The position numbers were made by a program, and so were the translations under genes. A model generated the notes under the pieces. It saw only the letters and a list, made by a program, of their open reading frames with translations, did not search any database and had not been told where the DNA came from. A DNA stretch of 38,681 bases. Source: Minisyncoccota bacterium (GTDB lineage: Bacteria > Patescibacteriota > Minisyncoccia > Phycocordibacterales > Zambryskibacteraceae). How positions within the stretch are numbered: the stretch's first letter is position 1; every line of letters starts with the position of its first letter. Of the stretch, positions 33,386 through 38,681 are shown piece by piece. The stretch is taken from NCBI GenBank assembly GCA_036517475.1, contig DATDVZ010000008.1:1-38681 (forward strand), given 5' to 3'.

Positions 33386-34204
33386 ATGGAGGATTTGAAT
33401 AAAACACAATTAATTCTACTCACTCTTTTGGTGAGTTTCATGACGTCAATTGCGACGGGTATTATTACTGTGTCGTTACTTCAGGAGGCGCCCCAAAGCG
33501 TGACTCAGACCATAAACCGCGTCGTGGAGAGAACAATTGAGCAAGTGGCGCCAGCAACGGGCAGCACCGAAATCAAGACCAAGGAGGTGGTAGTGGTAAA
33601 GGAGGAGGACTTGGTAATTGATGCGATTAACAAAAACTCAAAGAGTCTTGTCAGAATCAGAGATAATGCGCTTGTCAACGGAGTTTCACCTTTTTATGCA
33701 ATCGGCATTCTCCTTAATAAGGACGGAATCGTGCTCTCTGATAGAAGGGAAAATATTTCAAATACAACAACATATACAGCCACACTCTCTGATGGGACAT
33801 CTTTCCTTATGAAAGTGACAGCAATTGATGATAATGCCGGAATAGTATTTTTTACAATTGTTAAGAATCCAAAGGTTCAAATTGGGGCTGAAGGAGCGAT
33901 ATTTGCCGATAAGGATCTGCAGTTGGGGCAATCGGTTATTGCTATAGAGGGCGAGGAAAAAAATGTTGTTTCAACCGGAAGGGTAATTTCATTCAATTAT
34001 TCTGATTCCGAACAAAAAAATATTTCAATTGTGGAGACTGATATCAATCCAAAAACTTTCACTTTCGGAGGCCCGCTTGTAAATCTATCAGGGGAAATAG
34101 TTGGTTTGAGGTCATCCAAACAGGCTTCTTTAAGTGGTGGTGAATCTTATGTATCATTAAACCTTATTAAATCTTCAATGTCAGCAAATAATATTAAAAA
34201 GTAG
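33386..34204 (+). CDS. membrane-anchored trypsin-like (HtrA/S1C fold) protein, probably catalytically dead
   Basis: MEDLNKTQLILL TM anchor; GGPLVNLSGEIVG C-terminal motif, but Phe at the catalytic Ser position. ATG 33386 preferred. Confidence 0.75.
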   Translation: MEDLNKTQLILLTLLVSFMTSIATGIITVSLLQEAPQSVTQTINRVVERTIEQVAPATGSTEIKTKEVVVVKEEDLVIDAINKNSKSLVRIRDNALVNGVSPFYAIGILLNKDGIVLSDRRENISNTTTYTATLSDGTSFLMKVTAIDDNAGIVFFTIVKNPKVQIGAEGAIFADKDLQLGQSVIAIEGEEKNVVSTGRVISFNYSDSEQKNISIVETDINPKTFTFGGPLVNLSGEIVGLRSSKQASLSGGESYVSLNLIKSSMSANNIKK

Positions 34205-34252
34205 AATTATATTCATCTTGATTTTTGATTTTTAAATTTTAATATAGCGATT

Positions 34253-36946
34253 ATGCCTCCATTTAATCAATTCACAACAAAGGCGAAAGAAGCGATAAAA
34301 AGAGCCCATGAGCTTGCTATTGAACGTGGCCAAAATCATGTAAATCCGATGCATTTACTGGCAGCTCTTATCATGCAGGATGAATCCGTGGTTACCTCGA
34401 TTTTTGATAAACTTGATATTGATACAATACTTCTGACTGATCATATACTTGAGTCAATTGAATCTCATGATGGGTCTTCAACCATGACGCCCTCGTATCA
34501 GATTTTTATAACACCCGAGCTTGCCCAGATTATTGAAGGCAGCATCAAAGTCGCCCAAGGTTTGAATGATGAATTTGCCTCGACCGAGCATCTTTTCATA
34601 TCAATTTTGGAAATGCCCGGCCCCGCAAGAGATTTACTTTCACGATTTAAAATTGACAAACAGACCGTAATGCGCGTTTTGGAGGAACTGCGCTCAAGTA
34701 ATGTTCATGTTGGTAAAGAATCAAAAAAACTCAAATCCCTATTAAAGTACACAAGAAGTCTTACCAAACTTGCATCGCAAAACAAACTTGACCCCGTTAT
34801 TGGTAGGGATATTGAAATTTCCCGCATTATTCAGATTCTTTCGCGCAGAACAAAAAATAATCCGATCCTAATTGGTGAGGCTGGGGTAGGAAAAACGGCA
34901 ATAGTCGAAGGGCTGGCCCAAAGAATGGCAGGAGGCAACGTTCCTGAATCCCTCAAGGAAAAAGAGCTCGTTATGCTTGATTTGGGGCTTTTGATTGCAG
35001 GAACAAAATACAGGGGGGAATTTGAAGAAAGACTCAAGAATATACTGAAGGAGATTGAACGTTCAGAAGGAAAAATAGTTCTTTTTATTGATGAGATTCA
35101 CACAATTGTAGGCGCCGGAGCGGCGGAAGGCGCACTGGACGCTTCTAATATGTTAAAACCTGCTCTGGCCAGAGGGGAGCTGCGCGCAATTGGTGCAACA
35201 ACTCTCAAAGAATATCAAAAACATATTGAGAAGGACCCGGCTCTGACAAGGCGTTTTCAACCGGTTTATGTCAATGAACCTTCAATTGAAGATGCAATTA
35301 CAATATTGCGCGGCTTGAAGGAAAAATATGAGCTTTATCATGGTGTCAGAATCACAGATGATTCGATCGTGTCTGCTGTGAACCTTTCTACCAGATATAT
35401 AACCGACAGATTTCTGCCGGATAAGGCGGTGGATTTAATTGATGAAGCGGCCTCACAACTTAAGATCTCACTTGAGAACATGCCGCCAATACTTGAAGAA
35501 ACGCACTCTAAAATCATGAAGCTGGAAATTGAAAGAGAGGCGCTTAAAAGAGAAATAAATACTGAAAATAAAAGCCCAAAGACAAAAGCAAGAATTAAAG
35601 AAATTGAGAAAGAGATTGCTGATCTTAGAGAAAAAACCTCAGAAGTTGAGCTTAAGTGGAAAAATGAAAAGGAGACTGTAACAGATATAAAAACAATTAA
35701 AAAGGAATTGGAAACTATGAGGCTGGAGGCTGAGGCGGCTGAAGCTCGCTCTGATTTATCTTCAGCCGCAGAAATCAGATATGGAAAAATTCCAAATCTG
35801 GTAAAGGATTTGGAAACAAAGACTAAAAGATTAAAACGTCTTCAGAGTTCACGCAGGATTCTAAAAGAAGAAATTATGGATGCAGATATTGCGGATGTAG
35901 TGTCTCGATGGACAAGTATTCCAGTTTCACGAATGCTTGAAGAGGAAGCAGAAAAACTTTCCCGTATGGAAGAATTTCTCCAGAAAAGAATTGTGGGTCA
36001 GGATGAGGCGGTTAAAAATATTTCTGACACAGTAAAAAGAAGCCGCGCAGGCATTGCAGATCCCAACCGACCAATTGGCTCTTTTATCTTCCTTGGGCCA
36101 ACCGGTGTAGGCAAAACTGAGCTAACCAAGGCTCTGGCGGAATTTATGTTTGATGATGAAAGGGCTCTCATCAGGGTAGATATGTCTGAATTTATGGAAA
36201 GGCACTCTGTTTCAAAGCTTATCGGGGCACCACCTGGGTATGTCGGATTTGAAGAGGGGGGGCAGTTTACAGAAACTGTTCGCCACAGACCTTACTCTGT
36301 AATTCTTTTTGACGAGATTGAGAAAGCCCATCCGGAAGTATTTAACATTCTGCTTCAGGTACTTGATAATGGAAGATTAACTGATGCCAAGGGCAGAGTG
36401 GTGAACTTTAAGAATACAATTATCATTATGACCTCCAATATTGGTGCTCAATATATTGATAAGATGGAGAAGATAGGCTTTGCGGAAAATAATGCTGATC
36501 AACAAAATTACGAAGATGCAAAAACAAAAGTGATGGAAACCCTGCGAGAGCAATTCCGTCCGGAATTTCTCAATCGTCTTGATGACATAATCATATTTAA
36601 TATACTCTCTCCTAAAGCAGTTAAGAAAATCGTTCTACTACAGGTAGATCAGGTTATGAAGCGTCTCGCACAAAAAGAGATCTCACTTGAACTGACTCCG
36701 GCTGCTCTCGACTATCTTGCTAAGGATGGTTATAACCCGCAGTACGGGGCAAGACCTCTAAAGCGCTTGATTCAAACTAAGATTTTAAATCCTGTTGCAA
36801 GTATGATGATTTCAAAAGATGTTGTTAAAGGTGGGGTAGTATCAGTTGGTGTGAAAGGCGGAGAATTGACTTTTGAGGTTAAAAAAGGAAGAAAGGGGAG
36901 TCTGTGGACACAGAGTGTAATTGAAACAAAACAAAAAACTAAATAA
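34253..36946 (+). CDS. clpB: ATP-dependent chaperone ClpB
   Basis: Clp N-domain, two AAA+ modules ([16 protein letters not shown]), coiled-coil middle domain, YGARPLKR. Confidence 0.9.
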   Translation: MPPFNQFTTKAKEAIKRAHELAIERGQNHVNPMHLLAALIMQDESVVTSIFDKLDIDTILLTDHILESIESHDGSSTMTPSYQIFITPELAQIIEGSIKVAQGLNDEFASTEHLFISILEMPGPARDLLSRFKIDKQTVMRVLEELRSSNVHVGKESKKLKSLLKYTRSLTKLASQNKLDPVIGRDIEISRIIQILSRRTKNNPILIGEAGVGKTAIVEGLAQRMAGGNVPESLKEKELVMLDLGLLIAGTKYRGEFEERLKNILKEIERSEGKIVLFIDEIHTIVGAGAAEGALDASNMLKPALARGELRAIGATTLKEYQKHIEKDPALTRRFQPVYVNEPSIEDAITILRGLKEKYELYHGVRITDDSIVSAVNLSTRYITDRFLPDKAVDLIDEAASQLKISLENMPPILEETHSKIMKLEIEREALKREINTENKSPKTKARIKEIEKEIADLREKTSEVELKWKNEKETVTDIKTIKKELETMRLEAEAAEARSDLSSAAEIRYGKIPNLVKDLETKTKRLKRLQSSRRILKEEIMDADIADVVSRWTSIPVSRMLEEEAEKLSRMEEFLQKRIVGQDEAVKNISDTVKRSRAGIADPNRPIGSFIFLGPTGVGKTELTKALAEFMFDDERALIRVDMSEFMERHSVSKLIGAPPGYVGFEEGGQFTETVRHRPYSVILFDEIEKAHPEVFNILLQVLDNGRLTDAKGRVVNFKNTIIIMTSNIGAQYIDKMEKIGFAENNADQQNYEDAKTKVMETLREQFRPEFLNRLDDIIIFNILSPKAVKKIVLLQVDQVMKRLAQKEISLELTPAALDYLAKDGYNPQYGARPLKRLIQTKILNPVASMMISKDVVKGGVVSVGVKGGELTFEVKKGRKGSLWTQSVIETKQKTK

Positions 36947-36964
36947 CAAAATTTAAGTCTGGAT

Positions 36965-38233
36965 ATGAATAAAAAAAATATTTTTATCTGGACACTGTAT
37001 GATTTTGCAAACTCAATAGTATCAATTGTTTTTTATTTGCATTTCTCGCAATGGCTTGTAATTGATAAAGGGGTAAGTGATTTTTGGTATAACATGATTT
37101 TTACTATTGGCTCGGTCCTTTTATTACTCACTGCTCCAATACTAGGAAGCATCGCTGATAGAACAGGTAGACAGCAAAAATATCTAAACAGTATTACTAT
37201 TATTACTTTTTTTTGTTTTTTAGGAGCTTCCATCGTAACCCTCTTTTTGTCAGACAAATTTTTCTTGGCCGCACTATTTTTCTTACTAGCAAATTATTTT
37301 TATCAATTTTCCTTTGTTTTTTACAACGCGTTATTATCTTATATTGCACCGAAAGAAAATTGGGGAAAAGTCTCAGGTATAGGCCAAGCCGGCAATTGGC
37401 TTGGGCAAATTGCCGGCCTTGCTGTTACTTTACCGCTTGCAGGCGGGGCCGTTTATCTAATAGGCGAGGTTGGCCGGGCGCAGGCTTTCCTTCCTTCAGT
37501 AATAATATTTTTTATTCTAGCTATTCCAATGCTTATATTCTTTAAGTTACCAAAGAAGGAATATGTGCCAATTCGAATAAATCTTAAAGAAGAATATAAA
37601 ATTCAATGGAATAAATTTAGAGATTTGATCAGTGACGTCAATATGAAATATTTTCTATTAGCATATTTCTTTTTTAACGATGCTATTATCACAGTAGCAA
37701 ATAATTTTCCAATCTATTTACAAAATGTATTTGAAATCAATGACAAGACAAAAACAATGATACTGGGTGGGGCACTGATCACTTCGGTCTTTGGTGCTTA
37801 TTTTTCAGGCATTATCGCTGACAAAATTGGATTGAAAAAAACACTGAAGTTTGTATTGGGTATCTGGGTAATTTTTCTCCCTTTATTAGGAATAATTAAC
37901 AACCTCAATATATTTATTGGTTTATGTATTATTTATGGTTTTATTTTTGGTTCAATTTGGACAATTACCAGAGCAGCAATGACTGCTCTTACACCTAAAG
38001 AAAAATTAAACTACGGATTTAGCTTCTACACGTTAGCCGAGCGAGTTTCTACTTTTATTGGCCCACTTTCATGGGGGCTAATAACACTTCTTTTGGCAAG
38101 CCTTGGAGCAGTTCGGTACCGAGTTGCAATGATTGTAATGGCGATTTTTATAGCAATTGGTCTTTATTTAATAAAAAAAGTAAAAATTTCTGAACATAAG
38201 GAAAATGAACTCAGGGCAAGTTTAACTAGATAG
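36965..38233 (+). CDS. MFS transporter (UMF1/Atg22-like)
   Basis: About 12 TM helices; WTLYDFANS, GSIADRTG, GKVSGIG. Confidence 0.88.
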   Translation: MNKKNIFIWTLYDFANSIVSIVFYLHFSQWLVIDKGVSDFWYNMIFTIGSVLLLLTAPILGSIADRTGRQQKYLNSITIITFFCFLGASIVTLFLSDKFFLAALFFLLANYFYQFSFVFYNALLSYIAPKENWGKVSGIGQAGNWLGQIAGLAVTLPLAGGAVYLIGEVGRAQAFLPSVIIFFILAIPMLIFFKLPKKEYVPIRINLKEEYKIQWNKFRDLISDVNMKYFLLAYFFFNDAIITVANNFPIYLQNVFEINDKTKTMILGGALITSVFGAYFSGIIADKIGLKKTLKFVLGIWVIFLPLLGIINNLNIFIGLCIIYGFIFGSIWTITRAAMTALTPKEKLNYGFSFYTLAERVSTFIGPLSWGLITLLLASLGAVRYRVAMIVMAIFIAIGLYLIKKVKISEHKENELRASLTR

Positions 38234-38273
38234 TACTGGAAATCAGTCTTAAAAGTTGGTAAATTTATGATCT

Positions 38274-38356
38274 GCGTCGGTGGTAGAGTGGACAATTACA
38301 ACAGACTGTAAATCTGTCGCCTTCGGGCTTCGTTGGTTCGAATCCAACCCGGCGCA
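38274..38356 (+). tRNA. tRNA-Tyr(GTA)
   Basis: Acceptor GCGTCGG/CCGGCGC, ACAGA-CTGTAAA-TCTGT, long variable arm, T-loop TTCGAAT. Confidence 0.95.
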
Positions 38357-38360
38357 CAAA

Positions 38361-38547
38361 ACAAATATTCGAGCCTTACGCTCGCTAATTTTGTTTTGCT
38401 GAATCATGGGTGGGATTCGAACAGGAAGAGGGTCGGAGAAACTCTAGTTTCTCCGTGAAGGAAAACAGCGAGCTAAGCGAGCGTTAGAAACCGTGGGTTT
38501 CTAAAGAGCGACGCAGTCGCGAGTGAGATTCCAACCCGGCGCACAAA
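38361..38547 (+). repeat. tRNA-Tyr 3'-associated structured element
   Basis: 18 bp direct repeat 38343-38360 = 38530-38547 (187 bp period); inverted T-arm copy at 38408-38422. Confidence 0.85.
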
Positions 38548-38574
38548 CGGAAGTTTCTTGGTATAATTGCTATT

Positions 38575-38681
38575 ATGTTAGCCGTAGTTCGTGAATATAA
38601 TAAAGAAATTATCCTGGGCGTCATACTCTTCTCTCTTCCGTTTTTGGTTCCGTTGTATGGGTTGGGTATAGATGCAAATAC
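38575..38681 (+). CDS. partial membrane protein (runs off the window)
   Basis: MLAVVREYNKEIILGVILFSLPFLVPLYGLG...; TGGTATAAT 7 nt before the ATG. Confidence 0.5.
   Translation, partial: MLAVVREYNKEIILGVILFSLPFLVPLYGLGIDAN

Noticed and set aside
288-37545. Short track ORFs overlapping longer genes on the opposite strand or in another frame (e.g. 3221-3499, 5230-5586, 6260-6670, 19978-20316, 30328-30678)
   Set aside because: They lie within well-supported genes and show no recognisable motifs.
1-38681. Alternative genetic code (UGA = Gly)
   Set aside because: Conserved genes such as gyrA end at TGA at the expected position, and none are fragmented by internal TGA.

Overview
AT-rich bacterial chromosomal window in standard code 11. 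Gene content points to a Patescibacteria/CPR, probably Parcubacteria-type, genome (inference: short IF-2, CPR-style S21, VirB2-like pilin array, Y1 transposase, degenerate HisRS paralog). Core genes (trxB, ftsZ, ftsA, ybeY, rpsU, lepB, pth, rpsA, gyrA, rbfA, infB, cysteine desulfurase, clpB) are interleaved with accessory single-gene cassettes. There are five intact tRNA genes: Leu-TAG, Cys-GCA, Leu-TAA, Lys-CTT and Tyr-GTA. The most unusual content is non-coding. (1) Leu-TAG, Cys and Tyr are each followed by a 127-187 bp structured element with the same layout: tRNA 3' end, hairpin, inverted copy of that tRNA's T-arm, more hairpins, then a direct copy of the tRNA 3' end. No integrase is present. 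tRNA-Lys is nested inside a second, broken tRNA-Lys scaffold. (2) Two systems consist of one gene plus flanking and dispersed palindromes: a TrpR/YerC-like gene with TACTATGATATATCATAGTA, and a RAYT-like HUH transposase with ACTTGGACAT-N3-ATGTCCAAGT, one copy of which lies inside its own reading frame. (3) Other palindromic or heptamer repeats sit in-frame in trxB, ybeY and the cysteine desulfurase. (4) Two orphan genes share a poly-G spacer promoter. There is also a six-gene VirB2/TrbC-like pilin array and an islet encoding an SPFH protein and a lysozyme-like protein. No rRNA, CRISPR array, integrase or phage genes were seen.
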